Origin: the human T2T-CHM13v2.0 reference genome, Homo sapiens
NCBI RefSeq assembly: GCF_009914755.1
Contig: NC_060928.1
Reading direction: 5' to 3' (one strand)
DNA length: 64,000 bases
Below, piece by piece: positions 26,990 to 42,299 of this stretch (positions are counted from its first letter, which is position 1; each line of letters starts with the position of its first letter). Both the position numbers and the translations under genes were made by a program. Under the pieces are notes generated by a model. It was not told the DNA's origin. It did no database searches and saw only the letters and a list, made by a program, of their open reading frames with translations.

Positions 26990-27410
26990 TTCACCCACAG
27001 CCTAGAGGCTTCAAGCAACCACTATTCCTCCTGCCAGGGAGCTTTTGCTCTTGCTGTTCCTCCAACCAGAAGCAACCCTCTTCATCCTGAACCATTCCCC
27101 AGACCTAGGGAGCCTCTCCACACTTCAGATATCATCTCAATCATCTAAATCCTCAGAGACCTTCCCTGAACCCCAGTCTATATTTGGGCATTTGCCATTG
27201 TTCTAATGGCATTCTATTTTGTCTTTGTAGTGCATAACATAGTCTGTGTTTGATTACCTGGGAGATTATTTGGTTAAGGTTTGTTTTCTCCTTTAAGATT
27301 GGAAATGCCAAGATAGCAGCAGCTGAATCTTTTTTTTTCTCATTATTGCATCCCTATTGCACTGTCTGGTACATGGCATGTGCTCCTTATTTTTGGATTG
27401 AAGGGATGGG
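26990..27410 (+). mobile_element. L2 fragment
   Basis: gcttttgctcttgctgttcc...cctcagagaccttccctga...gtctggtacatggcatgtgctc. Confidence 0.55.
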
Positions 27411-27549
27411 TGAATCCCTTGGGGACTGTTGGAAATGAGAGAAGGAGTCTTTAAAGAGAACTTAAAGTTCAGCAGAAGAAAATTGGAAGAGATTCAGAGA
27501 AATATATTTTATTACTATTAAGATGGCCTCATTTTCCCCAGGCAGCTGA

Positions 27550-27860
27550 ATCATAACAGATGACACAAAGTGTTAAATAAATCCAAGTACATATTTATGA
27601 TGAAATATTATACAACCATTAAAAATTACATTTGCAGTCTAATTGTCTCATAAGTATGGCACAATCATAAAAAGAAATACTACATAGTTACTCAAATTAT
27701 ACTGCAGATTTATGTTTACTAACATGGAAAAATGATCCTGATATATTGTTCATATTTTTAAAAAAGCAGATTACATTTACAGAACAATTTGTATAGGTTG
27801 ATGTTGCTTTGCTTAAAACTGGTATAAAATTATAAACACGTGCTTATGATGTATAAGGAA
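27550..27860 (+). mobile_element. L1ME-like 3'UTR fragment
   Basis: gatgaaatattatacaaccattaaaaat...aacatggaaaaatg...aaaagcagattac. Confidence 0.45.
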
Positions 27861-28149
27861 CTGTGAAAAACATTTTACGTTAACATGAAATATAAGTCTT
27901 ATAAGGAAATTACTATCATTATGTCCATTTTAAAGATAAATAATAGGAAGCTTTTAGAGGTAAGACATTTGCCTATAATTTAGAGCTAACTATATTAAGA
28001 GTGATTAGTTATCTTTTAAAAATTTAATTTTTTAAACTTTATTTTCTAAATTTTCTGCGATTAACATAGGTTAGTTTTTATAATAAAATAATTTTCTTAT
28101 TTACATGTTTTAATGACATTAAAACATTAAAATATTAATTTTGTAAATA

Positions 28150-29560
28150 TTTTCAACTTTCATTAGATTCAAGGGATATAGGTGCAGGTTTATTACATGG
28201 GTATTTTGGGTGATGCTGAGATTTGGGGTACAAATGACTTCATCGTACAGGTAATATAGTAACCAATAGTTTTTCAACCTTTCCCCCTTTCTCTCCCTCC
28301 TGCTCTAGTAGTCCCCAGTGTCTGTTGTTGCTATTTTTATGTTCATGAGTACCCACTGTTTAGCTCCCACTTATAAGTGAGAACATTCAGTATTTGGTTT
28401 TCTGTTCCTGTGTTAATTTTCTTCAGAAAATAGCCTCTAGCTGCATCCATGTTACTGCAAAGCACATGATTTCATTCTTTTTTATGGCTGCATAATATTC
28501 CATGGGTCGAATGGTAGTTCTGTTTAAAGTTCTTTGAGAAATATCTGAACTGCTTTCCACAGTGGCCAAACTAATTAACATTCCCAACAGCAGTGAATAG
28601 GCATTCCTTTTCTCCACAGCCTCAACAGCATCTGTTATTTTTTGACTTTTTAATAACAGCCACTTTGACTTGTGTGAGATGGTATCTCAATGTGATTTTG
28701 CTCTCTTTGATGATTAGTGATGCTCAGCATTTTTTCATATGTTGGCTGCTTGTATGTCTTCTTTTGAGAAGTGTCTGTTTCATGTTCTTTGCCTACTTTT
28801 TAATGGTTTTTTTGTTGTTGTTTTTTACTTGTTGAATTAAGTCCTTAAATGTTCTGTATATTAGACTTTTGTCAGATGCATAGATTGTGAATGTTTTCTC
28901 CTATTCTGTAGGTTGTCTGTTTACTCTGTTAATAGTTTCTTTTGCTGTACAGAAGCCCTTCAGTTTAGTTAGGTCGAACTTGTCAATTTTTGCTTTTATT
29001 GCAATTGGTTTTGAAGACTTAGTCATAAATTCTTTGCCAAGGCCAATGTCCAGAATGATATTGCCTAGGTTTTCTTCTAGGACTTTTATAGTTTGAGATC
29101 TTACATTTACATTTTTAGTCTATCTTGAGTTAATTTTTGTATATGGTGAAAAGTAGAAGTCCAGTTTTCTTCTTCTGCCAATGACTAGCCAGCTATCCCA
29201 GTACCACTTACTGAATAGAGAGTCCTTTCTCCATTGCTTATTTTTGTAGACTTTGTTGAAGATCAGATGGCTGTAGTTGTGCAGCTTTATTTCTGGGTTC
29301 TCTGTTAAGTTCCATTGTTCTATGTATCTGTTTTTGTACCAGTACCATGCTGTTTTGATTACTATAGGCTTATAGTTTAAAGTCACGTAATGTGAACCCT
29401 CCAGCTTTGTTCCATTTGCTTAGGGATGCTTTGGGTATTCAGGTTTTATTAGTTCCATATGAATTTTGCAATAATCTTTTCTAATCTGTGAAAAATAATG
29501 TTGGTAGTTTGGTAGGAATAGCATTTAATCTGTAGATTGCTTTGGGCAGTATGGCCATTT
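28150..29560 (-). mobile_element. 5'-truncated L1PA15/16-like LINE
   Basis: 3'UTR gtgcaggtttattacatgggtatt...ctctagtagtccccagtgtc; ORF2 C-terminal remnant [12 protein letters not shown]...KWYWDSW (29120-29386). Confidence 0.9.
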
Positions 29561-30629
29561 AACAGTAAAATAATTGTTAACATTAACACTTTAATAAAAT
29601 ACACTTTCATAAAATATTACTTATACAATGTCAAAACACAGTAGACTAAAAGCTACATATGGATAATTTTAATTATGCTATTTTTAAATGAAGAGAGAAT
29701 AGGAAATGGATGTCAATATTATAAATGAGACTGTTTTCTCTTTAGGCATTTTACATTTTCGAAATTTCTTACAATAACCTTGCAATATTTGCTGCCATTA
29801 TCAAGCAATTTGCCAAAGTTGCCTACTGTAGAGCAGCTGGCATTAGGATACTTTCATTTCAGGCCAAATCCCTATAAAGTATCTGAGGCAACTGCAACTC
29901 TCATCTGACAATATCAAGCCTCTAAGAAAGAGATTTTTAAGGTTTTTTTCCTATAGCAAAACTAATTTTTATTTCAAGTCATCATTTTGCAAGAGGAGAA
30001 CACCTTGACCTCAAATTTCATTCTCCTTTCTTCCCCAGATGACCTCTACCTTCACCCCTCCCTGCACCCACTTTCTAGGGATTAGCCACCACATTTTACT
30101 ATGTCTCAAAATATCAGGGAAAAATTAATATATGTTAGTTTTTCAGAAATATTATTTTTCCTCACATCAGTGGTATAGAAACATTGATAATAGTCAAATC
30201 CCAAACCAAACTTACCTAGATTCACCCTTCTGAATGATTGACACACTGGCCTTTGCTTGGTAGTACTAAGTCATAAAAATGCCACCCTCCTGTGACTTAA
30301 AGTCAGCCAGGTTGACATGATCTCTCTTTGATCGGGTTGAGGATTCATTGTCAAATGGCGATGGAATCCTCTTTACCTAGAAAGGGTGGTCATACCAGGT
30401 CATCCTGGAGGGAACTAAAAGAGTACTTTGAGCCTAAGCTGGCAGCTGCTTTTGCCTATTAAGTAGTCTTTCTGCTCTAGAGCAGATGGTGTTGGCAATG
30501 CCACATAAGTCAGCCTGGAAAGACACAAACACATTTAGAAGTTGACTTTGACTTTCCATATTAAATTTCCTTTGAGTGTGTGTACATCTATCTGTACACA
30601 CACACGCACACACAAATATAAACATATCA

Positions 30630-30765
30630 CTAGTATTTTTGTGATGTTTAGTTTGCAGGCTGGTCTGTCAGTGTATTTTTAGTGTCTACTCAAACCAGTG
30701 CTTGGCACACACTGAGCACTCAATAGTTGTTTGTTGCGTCAATGAATAAATAAACAGTAAATGAA
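30630..30765 (+). mobile_element. L2 3' end
   Basis: cagtgcttggcacacactgagcactcaatagttgtttgttg...aatgaataaat. Confidence 0.55.
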
Positions 30766-31339
30766 TTTACCTTCCCATAAAAGAAGACTATTCACAGAAA
30801 ATATGTCATAGCTATGACATAAGTCAGATGTATTTTATTTATAAAATGACACATGGGAATCTAAAGGGAAAAGAGTGTAACCAGCTGCTTTACTCAGAGT
30901 TCCAGAGTTGGAGTGGAGAAATCTGCTGCATTGATTCCTCTGGAGTAGGAAATACTTAGGGTTATGCCACGCTGAGTGTGGAGAGGAGAGAGTTCCTTGT
31001 TTTGTCTTTGGTGCACCAGGTTCATACCAGAGTAGCACTTCTGAGTGGAAGCATGCTAGGACAATCAGCGCCACCATAGAGGATCAGTCAAGCTCGGTTC
31101 TTGTTCAGACTCAGGAAAACCTCAAAGAGATTCATTTCCTGAATATCCGGGAATAGCCAGAGGTACACACATAGAGAGGTGGTAACTCTTCAGGAGGGCT
31201 ACTGAGTTTCTGGGATCTTCTGACCCTGGTGTTGGAGTAAGCCAGGAATTCAATCCCAATAGAAATCTGGTAATAAGACTGGGAATTTGAAACTTGGTGT
31301 CTGGCAATGCCTTCTGTTTCCATTATCATAGTCATAACC

Positions 31340-31510
31340 ATTAACTTTGCAATTACATTTATCTGAACACCTATAGACCAGGCACTATGCCACATACTTT
31401 TTTTGTCAATGTTACAAGCTCTCTGGAAGGTATCATTATCTCCATGTTACAAGGGAGAAAATGAGCCCCACAGAGGCAAATAATGTTCTCAAGGCTTACT
31501 GGGAAAAGGC
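31340..31510 (-). mobile_element. MIR fragment
   Basis: catttatctgaacacctatagaccaggcactatgc...ttatctccatgttacaagggagaaaatgag. Confidence 0.6.
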
Positions 31511-33543
31511 TCACCTTCTCATCTGAAAAATCTTTGACTCCCGATTGCTTAGAGTTGCAGTTTTAATCTAGATTTTAAAGTGCCCTAGGAGGACCCCTCA
31601 GGAGCCATCTCAAGGAGAGGATCATGTGACAAGTTTAAGGTTTCCTCCATGCAGCACACATTTTGATGAAACATCTTTGATTTTGCCTATTTTCAATTCT
31701 AGTCAGCCATGTAATATTTAATCTGAAGGAAGGGCTCTGCTTTGATATTTGAAAAAATTCAGAAAAAGAAGGAAAGGGAATGAAGGGAAAAGAAAGAAGA
31801 GAGGGAAATATTAAAAAGCATTGGCTTAAAGGAAAAAATCTAAACTTCAAATTTTGGCATTTCTGGACCTTCAGAAACTTTTCCCAAGACACCATTCCTT
31901 ATGTAACCACAATTGCTGTTCTTGAGCAGGCTTGATCCCATCAAACTGGACACATTGCTGTTTCTTAACTATTCCTCATGTCTATTTGCCTCCATGTCTC
32001 TTCATTGCTTCCCCAAGCTTATGCCTTTTTTTTTTTCTGCTGTCCATTTCTGGCTGCCTCACAGCTTCCACCTCCTGAAGACTTCACTAGTTTCCCCTGA
32101 CTGGAAGCTATTTAGCATACTCTGAATTCACGTAACACTTTGCTTAATAATTTTTTGAGGCACTCAATAAGATAGCTATCATAGCCTTGGGCAAGATGGC
32201 TGAATAGAAACAGCTCTTTTCTGCAGCTCCCAGTGAGACCAAAGCAGAAGGCAGGTGATTTCTGCATTTCCAACTGAGGTACCTGATTCATCTCATTGGG
32301 ACTGGTTAGACAGTGAGTGCAGCCCACGGAGGACGACCAGAAGCAGGGTGGAGCTTCGTCTCACCCAGGAAGTGCAAGGGGTCAAGGAACTCCCTCCCCT
32401 AGCCAAGGGAAGCTGTGAGGGACTGTGCTGTGAGGGATGGAGCTATCTGGCCCAGATACTACACTGTTCTCATGGTCTTTGCAACCCACAGACCAAGAGA
32501 TTCCATTGGGTGCCTACACCACCAGGGCCCTGGGATTCAAGCACAAAACTGGCAGCCATTTGGACACACATTGAGCTAGCTGCACAAGTTTTTTTGTTTT
32601 GTTTTGCTTTGTTTTTTTGATAACCCAGTGGTGACTGGAATGCCAGCAAGAGACAATTGTTCACTCCTCTGGAAAGAGGGTTGAAGCCAGGGAGCTACGT
32701 GGTCTACCTCAGTGAATTCCACCTGCAAGGAGCCCAGAAAGCTGAGATCCATTGGCTTGAAATTCTTGCTGCCAACACAGCAGCCTGAAGTCGACCTGAG
32801 ATGCTGGAGCTTGGTGCGGGGAGGGGCGTCCACCATTACTGGGGCTTGAGTAGGCAGTTTTCCCCTCACAGTGTAAACAAAGGCACCAGGAAGTTCGGAC
32901 TGGGCAGAGCCCACCACAGCGTGCCAAGCTGCCGTAGCCAGGCTGCCTCTCTAGATTCCTCCTCTCTGGGTAGGGCATCTCTGAAAGAAAGGCAGCAGCC
33001 CCAGTCAGGGACTTATAGATAAAACTCTCATCTCCCTGGGACAGAGCACCTGGGGGAAAGGGCGGCTGTGGGCACAGCTTCAGCAGACTTAAATGTTCCT
33101 GTTTGCCAGCTCTGAAGAGAGCAGTGGATCTTCCAGCAAAGTGCTCGAGCTCAGCTAAGGGAAAGACAACCTCCTTAAGTGGATCCCTGATCCCTGTGCC
33201 TCCTGACTGGGAGACACCTCCCATCAGGGGCCAACAGACACCTCATATAGGAGAGCTCCAGCTGGCATCTGGTGGGTGCCCCTCTGGGATGAAGCTTCCA
33301 GAAGAAGGAACAGGCAGAAACCTTTGCTGTTCTGCAGCCTCTGCTGGTAATACCCAGGCAAACAGGGTCTGGAGTGGACCCTCAGCAAACTCCAGCAGAC
33401 CTGCAGCAGAGGGGCCTCACTGTTAGAAGGAAAACTAACAATCAGAAAGCAATAGCATCGACATCAACAAAAATGACAACCACGCAAAAACTCCATCCAA
33501 AGGTCACCAACAGCAAAGACCAAAGATAGATAAATCCATGAAG

Positions 33544-34563
33544 ATGAGAAAAAAACAGAGCAAAAAGGCTGAAAATTCCAAAAACCAGAATGCCTCTTCT
33601 CCTCCAAAGGATCACAACTCCTTGCCAGCAAGGGAACAAGACTGGATGGAGAATGAGTTTGATGAATTGACAGAAGTAGGCTTCAGAAGGTGGGTAATAA
33701 CAAACTCCTCTGAGCTAAAGGAGCATGTTCTAACCCAATGCAAGGAAGCTAAGAACCTTGATAATAGGTTAGAGGAATTGCTAACTAGTATAACCAGTTT
33801 AGAGAAGAACATAAATGACCTGACTGAGCTGAAAAACACAGCATGAGAACTTCGTGAAGCGTACACAAGTATCAACAGTCAAATCGATTCAAGTGGAAGA
33901 AAGAATATCAGAGATTGAAGATTAACTTAATGAAATAAAGCATGAAGATGCAAGATTAGAGAAAAAAGAATGAAAAGGAATGAACAAAGCCTCCAAGAAA
34001 TATGGAACTATGTGAAAAGACCAAATCTATGTTTGATTGGTGTACCTGAAAGTGACAGGGAGAATGGAACCAAGTTGGAAAACACTCTTCAGAGTATTAT
34101 CCAGGAGAACTTCCCCAATCTAGCAAGACAGGCCAACATTCAAATTCAGGAAATACAGAGAACACAATAAAGATACTCCTCAAGAACAGCAACCCCAAGA
34201 CACATAATTGTCAGATTCACCAAGGTAGAAATGAAGAAAAAAATGTTAAGGGCAGCCTGAGGGAAAGGTCAGGTTACTCACAAAGGGAAGCCCATCAGAC
34301 TAACAGCAGATCTCTCTGCAGAAACGCTGCAAGCCAGAAGAGAAGAATTTAACATACTTAAAGACAAGAATTTTCAACCCAGAATTTCATATTAAGCCAA
34401 ACTAAGCTTCATAAGTGAAGGAGAAATAAAATCCTTTAAAGGCAAGCAAATGCTAAGGGATTATGTCACCACCAGGCCTGCCTTACAAGAGCTCCTGTAG
34501 GAAGCACTAAATATGGAAAGGAAAAATCAGTACCAGCCATGGCAAAAACAACCCAAAATGTAA
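33544..34563 (+). pseudogene. L1 ORF1p remnant
   Basis: MRKKQSKKAENSKNQNASSPPKD..., KRNEQSLQEIWNYVKRPNL; in-frame stops and frameshifts. Confidence 0.92.
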
Positions 34564-34626
34564 AGACTATCAACACTATGAAGAAACTGCATCAACTAAT
34601 GGGCAAAATAACCAGCTAACATTATA

Positions 34627-37600
34627 AAGACAGGATCAAATTCATACAGAGCAATATTAACCTTAAATGTAAACAGGCTAAATGCCCCAATTAAAGGCAC
34701 AGATTGGAAAATTGGATAAATAGTCAAGACCCATCGGTGTGCTGTATTCAGGAGATGCATCTCACGTGAAAAGATACACATAGGCTCAAAATAAAGGGAT
34801 GGAGAAGGATTTACCAAGCAAATGGAAAACAAAAAAAAAGCAAGGGTTACAATCCTAGTCTTTGATAAAACAGACTTTAAACCAACAAAGATCAAAAAAG
34901 ACAAAGAAGGGCATTACATAATGGTAAAGGAATCAATTCAACAAGAAGAGCTAACTATCCTAAATATATGTTCACCCAATACAGGAGCACCCAGATTCAT
35001 AAAGCAAGATCTTAGAGACCTACAAGGAGACTTAGACTCCCACACAATAATAGTGGGACACCCCACTCCCACTGTTAGACAGATCAATGAGACAGAAAAT
35101 TATCAAGAATATTCAGGACTTGAACTCAGCTCTGGACCAAGCAGACCTAATAGACATCTACAGAACTCTCCACCCTAAATCAACAGAATATACATTATTC
35201 TCAGCACCACATAGCACTTATTCTAAAATTAACCACATAATTGGAAGTAAAACACTCCTCAGCAAATGCAAAAGAACGGAAATCATAAAAAACAGTCTTT
35301 CCAACCAAAGTGCAATCAAATTAGAACTCAGAGTTAAGAAACTCACTCAAAATGGCACAACTACATGGAAACTGAACAGCCTGCTCCCTGTATGACTACT
35401 GGGTAAATAACAAAATTAAGGCAGAAATAAATAAGTTATTTGAACCCAATGAGAACAAAGACACAATGTACCAGAATCTCTGGAACACAGCTAAAACAGT
35501 GTTTACAGGGAAATTTATAGCACTTAATGCCCACAGGAGAAAGTGGGAAAGATCTAAAATCGACATTCTAACATCACAATTGAAAAAACTAGAGAAGCAA
35601 GAGCAAACAAATTCAACAGCTAGCAGAAGACAAGAAACAACTAAGATCAGAGCAGAACTTAAGGAAATAGAGACACAAAAAACCCTTCAAGAAAAACAGT
35701 GAATCCAGGAGCTAGTTTTTTGAAAACATTAACAAAATAGACTGCTAGCCAGACTAATAAATAAGAAAAGAGAGAAGAATCAAATAAATACAATAAAAAA
35801 TGATAAAGGGGAGATCACCACTGATCCCACTGAAATACTAACTACCATCGGAGGATACTATAAACACCCCTACACAAATAAACCAGAAAATCTAGAAGAA
35901 ATGGATAAACTCCTGAACACATACACCCTCCCAAGGCTAAACCAGGAAGAAGTCGAATCCCTGAAAAGACCAATAACAAGTTCTGAAATTGAGGCAGTAA
36001 TTAATAGCCTACCAACCAAAAAACACCCAGGACCATACTGATTCACAGCCAAATTCTACCAGAGGTACAAAGAGGAGATGGTACCTTTCTTTCTGAAACT
36101 ATTCCAAATAATATAAAAAGAGGGACTCCTCCCTAACTCATTTAATGAGGCTATCATCATCCTGATACCAAAACCTGGCAGAGACAGCAAAAAAAGAAAA
36201 TTTCAGGCCAATATCCCTGATCAACATAGATGCGAAAATCCTCAATAAAATATTGGCAAACCAAATCCAGCAGTACATCAAAAAGCTTATCCACCACAAT
36301 CAAGTCAGCTTCATCCCTGGCATGCAAGGCTAAGTCAACATACGAAAATCAGTAAAGGTAATCCATCACATAAACAAAACAAATGACAAAAACCACATTA
36401 TTATCTCAATAGATGCAGAAAAGGCCTTCAATAAAATTCAACACCACTTCCTGCTAAAAACTCTCAATAAAATAGGTATTGACAGAACATATCTCAAGAT
36501 AATAAGAGCTATTTATGACAAACCCACAGCCAATATCATACTGAATGGGCAAAAGCTGGAAGCATTCCTTTTGAAAACTGGCACAAGACAGGGATGCCCT
36601 CTCTTACCACTCCTATTCAACGTAGTATTGGAAGTTCTGACCAGGGCAATCAGGCAAGAGAAAGAAATAAAGGTATTCAAATAGAAAAAGAGGGAGTCAA
36701 ATTATCTCTGTTTGCAGATGACATGATTGTATATTTAGAAAACCCCATTCTCTCAGCCCAAAAACTCCTTAAGCTGATAAGAAACTTCAGCAAATTCTCA
36801 GGGTACAAAATCAATGTGCAAAAATCACTATCACTATACACCAATAACAGAAAAACAGAGAGCCAAATCATGAGTGAACTCCCATTCACAATCGCTACAA
36901 AGAGAATAAAATACCTATTAATACAACTTACAAGAAATGTGAAGGACCTCTTCAAGGAGAACTACAAACCACTGCTCAAGGAAATAAGAGAGCAAATAAA
37001 TGGAAAAACATTCCATGCTCATGGATAGGAAGAATCAATATTGTGAAAATGGCCATACTGCCCAAAGTAATTCATAGACTCAGTGCTACCCCCATCAAGC
37101 TACCATTGACTTTCTTCACAAAATTAGAAAAAACTACTTTAAATTTCATATGGAACCAAAAAAGAGCCCGTATAGCCAAGACAATCCTAAGCAAAAAGAA
37201 CCAAGCTGGAGGCATCACGCTACTTAGCTTCAAACTATACTACAAGGCCACAGTAACCAAAACAGCATGGTACTGGTACCAAAACAGATATATAGACCAA
37301 TGGCATAGAGCAGAGGCTTCAGAAATAACACCACACATCAACTATTTGATCTTTGACAAACCTGACAAAAACAAGAAATGGGGAAAGGATTCCCTATTTA
37401 ATAAATGGTGTTGGGAAAACTGGCTAGCCATATGCAGAAAACTGAAACTGGACCCCTTCCTTACACCTTATACAAAAATTAACTTAAGATGAATTAAAGA
37501 TTTAAATGTAAGACCTAACACCATAAAAACCCTAGAGGAAAACCTAGGCAATACCATTTAGGACATAGGCGTGGGCAAAGACTTCATGACTAAAACATCA

Positions 37601-38425
37601 AAAGCAACGGCAACAAAGCCAAAATTGACAAATGGGATCTAATTAAACTAAAGAGCTTCTGCACAGCAAAAGAAAATATCATCAGAGTAAACAGGCAACC
37701 TACAGAATGGGAGAAAATTTTTGCAATCTATCCATCTGACAAAGGACTAATACCCGGAATCTACAATGAACTTAAACAAATTTACAAGAAAAAAACAAAA
37801 AGCCCCACCAAAAAGTGGGCAAAGGATATGAACATTCTCAAAAGAAGATATTTATGTGGCCAACAAACATATGAAAAAAGCCCATCATCACTGGTCATTA
37901 GAGAAATGCGAATCAAAACCACAATGAGATACCATCTCACGTCAGTTAGAATGGCGATTATTAAAAAGTCAGGAAACAACAGATGCTGGAGAGGATGTGG
38001 AGAAATAGGAACACTTTTACACTGTTGGTGTGAGTGTAAATTAGTTCAGCCACTGTAGAAGACAGTGTGGTGATTCCTCAAGGATCTAGAACCAGAAATA
38101 CCACTTGACCCAGCAATCCCATTACTGGGTATATACACAAAGGATTATAAATCATTCTTCTGTAAAGACACAGGCACATGTATGTTTACTGCAGCACTAT
38201 TTACAATAGCAAAGACTTGCAATCAACCCAAATGCCCATCAATGATAGACTTGGTAAAGAAAAGGTGACACATATACCCCATGGAATACTATGCAGCCAT
38301 AAAAAAGGATGAGTTCATGTCCTTTGTAGGGACATGGATGAAGCTGGAAACCATCATTCTCGGCAAACTAACACAGGAACAGAAAACCAAATGCCACATG
38401 TTCTCATTCATAAGTGGGCATTGAA
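34627..38425 (+). pseudogene. L1 ORF2p remnant
   Basis: [35 protein letters not shown] (RT catalytic motif), [31 protein letters not shown]; start ATG lost and frame broken. Confidence 0.93.
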
Positions 38426-39751
38426 CAATGAGGACGTATGGGCACAGTGAAGGGAACATTACACACTGGGGCATGTTGGGGGGCAGGGGGCAAGGGGCAA
38501 GATAGCATTAGGAGAAATATCTAATGTAGATGACAGGTTGATGGGTGCAGCAAACCACCATGGCACATGTATACCTATGTAACAAACCTGCACATTCTGC
38601 ACATGTATTCTAGAACTTAAAGTATATTTAAAAAGAGATGGCTATAATAAAAAACAAATGAAAAACAAAAACAAAAAATAATAATTCATATGAAACTGGT
38701 TTTATACTCCCTTCAATCAATCACACTTTGGAGTTTGTATAAAATATATCTTATTTCCACACACAAATATATTAACCAGAATAATGAACACTTACTTAGT
38801 TTCCTTGTTCAGATTATTTACTAACCATCATTACAAAGACTGAAAAGCCAGGATGATTTCCTATTTGGTCTAATTAATTTTAATTGTGTATATAAATATG
38901 AATATATGTTCATATGATAAATATTATATACCAAAATTAGTATGAGACGGATCCAATCAAGAACCCATTTAATAATTGGACAAATTCGATGAAAAGGACA
39001 AATTACCCCTGCCAAAACCAATTACTATCAAAATCAACACAAGTAGAAATCAAAAATCTTAATAACTCTTCATTTAATAAAGAAATTGAATTGCTAATTA
39101 GAAATCTTCCCAAACACACAAAAATCATGACTCAAATGGGCTCACTGATGAGTTCTCTTAAATCTGTAAACAAACAATAATACCAATATTACACAAGCTT
39201 TTTCAGAAAATAGAGAATTACATTACAAATTTGCCAGCTTCCCAACTCACTTTTTGAGGATACCATACCCCGGTTCCAAAACTTGACAAAAATACTGCAA
39301 ATAGAGAAAATTACAGAACAATACTTCTCAAGAATATTGGTGCAAAAATCCTAAATATATTTTCAACTGAAATTCAGCAATATGTAAAAAGCATAATACA
39401 CTCTAAGTAAAGTGTAAGTTTAGTTTAACATTCAAAAATCAAGAATGCAACTCACAATATTAACAAAATACAGGAGAAAAATCATTTGATCATCTCCATA
39501 CGCGCAGTAAAAGCATTGCACAATATCCAATATCCATTCATGACCAAAAAACAAAGCTCAGTAAACCAGGATTAGAATTAATCTTTCTCAATTTGATAAA
39601 AAGGCATATATAACAAGAACCCACAGCCAACATTTTACTTAATAGCAAAAGTCTGAATATTTTCCTTCTAAGATTGAAAGCAACACAAGAATGTCCATTT
39701 ATACCACTTCTCTTCAACATGTCATTGGGGGTCCCAGTCTATGCAAAAAGG

Positions 39752-40392
<641 letters not shown>

Positions 40393-41466
40393 TAAAAACT
40401 ACAGTACTAGAACTGGTGAGTGAATTTGTAAAGGTCATAAGAAATAAGATCAATATACCAAAAAATTAACTTTCTTTTTATGTACTTGCCGAAAACAATT
40501 GGAAAATATTTTTAAATTATAGCAACAAACATACAAAATATTTCAGAATAAATTTAATGAAAGATATAAAAGATCTCTATACTTAAAATTATAAACATTC
40601 CTGAAATAAATTTTAAAAATCTAAATGAATTTCAGGAGAGATATAGAATATTCATGGATCAACAAACACAATACTGTTAAGAGGTCTATTCTTCCCAAAT
40701 TGATCTATAGGTTAAACCCAGTCCCAATCAAAACACTGAAGCATTTTTATAGAAATCAACAATATAATTCTACAAAAAGTTGGAGCACTCACATTTTATT
40801 TCAAGACCTATGATAAAGCTACAGTAATTAAAAAATTTAGAATTATCATTAGTATAGACAAAAAATAGGAAAGATTTAAGAGTTGGGAAATAAACCCTTA
40901 TATACAGAGTCAGTTGATTTTCTATAAAGGTTTCAAGACAATTCAATAGGTGAAGAAAAATTGTTTAAACAAATGGAGCTGGAAAAACTGGAATAAATAT
41001 ATGGAAAAAAAATAAGCCTCAACTTCAACCACACATTATACATAAAAATCAATTCAAGATGGATCACACGCCTAAATGTAAAAGCAAAAATTATAAAGCT
41101 TCTAGGAAAAACATAAGAGAACATCTGTGGAACCTTGGGAGACAAAGATTTCTTAGAGGTGACACGAAAAGTACTAATTATATATGAAAAATAGATAAAT
41201 TTGATTTCATTAAAATTTAAAACTTTTATTCATCAAGACACTATTAACAAAATGAAAAGGCAAACCATATATGGGAAAAATATTTACATACCCATAGCTA
41301 ACAGAGAAGTTGTACCCAGAATAGAAATACTAAAAAAAGCAACCCAATTTAAAAGTGGGCAAAATATTTGAACCACAATTTACACCCAGAAAGTAGCTTT
41401 AATCCACAGGGAAAATTAGCACACATAAAAATGACTGTTAGCATTCCTCATCTCTATTGCCTTCTA

Positions 41467-41692
41467 CAGGTTGAGTATCTCTTACCCAAAATGCTTAGAA
41501 CCAGAAATGTTTCAGATTTTGATTTTTTTTAGATTGTAATATTTGCTTTATACATCCTAGTTGTGCACCCCAAATCAGAAAATCTAAAATTCAAAATGCT
41601 TCAGTGAGTATTTCCTTGGAGCATCATGTTAGCACTCAAGAAGTTTCAGATTTTGGAGCATTTCAGATTTGGGATTTGTGATGCGCAACCTG
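41467..41692. mobile_element. Tigger4a/MER46-like MITE
   Basis: TIRs caggttgagtatc / gatgcgcaacctg flanked by TA on both sides. Confidence 0.85.
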
Positions 41693-41849
41693 TACCACTA
41701 AGAAGTCTCACAATTTCACTATCGAAGAAAGATGGGTGATATTCTTTACATTATGAATGCAATCTAAGACATGAATCCTCTAAGCTTGAACGGTTTTGTT
41801 TGAAGAGGTGAGAAAGACAAATTTTAAAATTACATTCTTAATGCAGGAG

Positions 41850-42290
41850 CCTTGAACATGGCAGATTAAGCACAAATATTTATTTCCTCCCCTAAACCCT
41901 ATTAAAACAACAATAAAAGATAAAAATATTCTAAAACCACAATTTAAAAAGAGAATAGACTACGGGAAATGAGGTATGTCAATAAACTTTTGGAAGATGA
42001 GATGTTGGCTAGGCAGAGTAAAGAAAGCTGAAATGTAAGCATCTAAGATGCAAAGGAAGATGTTCAAAAATAGCAAGCTGTTTCATACAGCAGCACCAAG
42101 GAGAGTCCCAAGCATTGGATGCACCAGTTACTGTGGAAGTAGATGGTGAGAAATGTAGTGAGAAATGATAAAAGTATGTATAAAGAGCATGTAGATTCCC
42201 AGGTAGCCTCCCACACCTCATAGCTAAGTGACTACCTCTGCTCCAATCTAGCAAGGACTGGAAGGTGTATTCTCTAGAGAATCCAGGCAG
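41850..42290 (+). mobile_element. Ancient L1M 5' fragment
   Basis: aacatggcagattaagcac...cctcccctaaaccctattaaaacaacaataaaag resembles old L1M 5' ends. Confidence 0.45.
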
Positions 42291-42299
42291 TCTTTATGG

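Larger units (their letters stand above)
32184..38635 (+). mobile_element. Full-length decayed LINE-1, L1PA7-like
   Basis: 5' caagatggctgaatag; 3' gatagcattaggagaaatatctaatgtagatgac; TSD agatagctatcata (32170-32183) / agatggctataata (38636-38649), 12/14. Confidence 0.96.

Noticed and set aside
32470-33224. Antisense ORFs in the L1PA7 5'UTR as possible ORF0
   Set aside because: I cannot recognise ORF0 sequence in them, and most use non-ATG starts.
36594-37492. Active reverse transcriptase (FADD motif)
   Set aside because: ORF2 is broken by stops and frameshifts and its start codon is lost.
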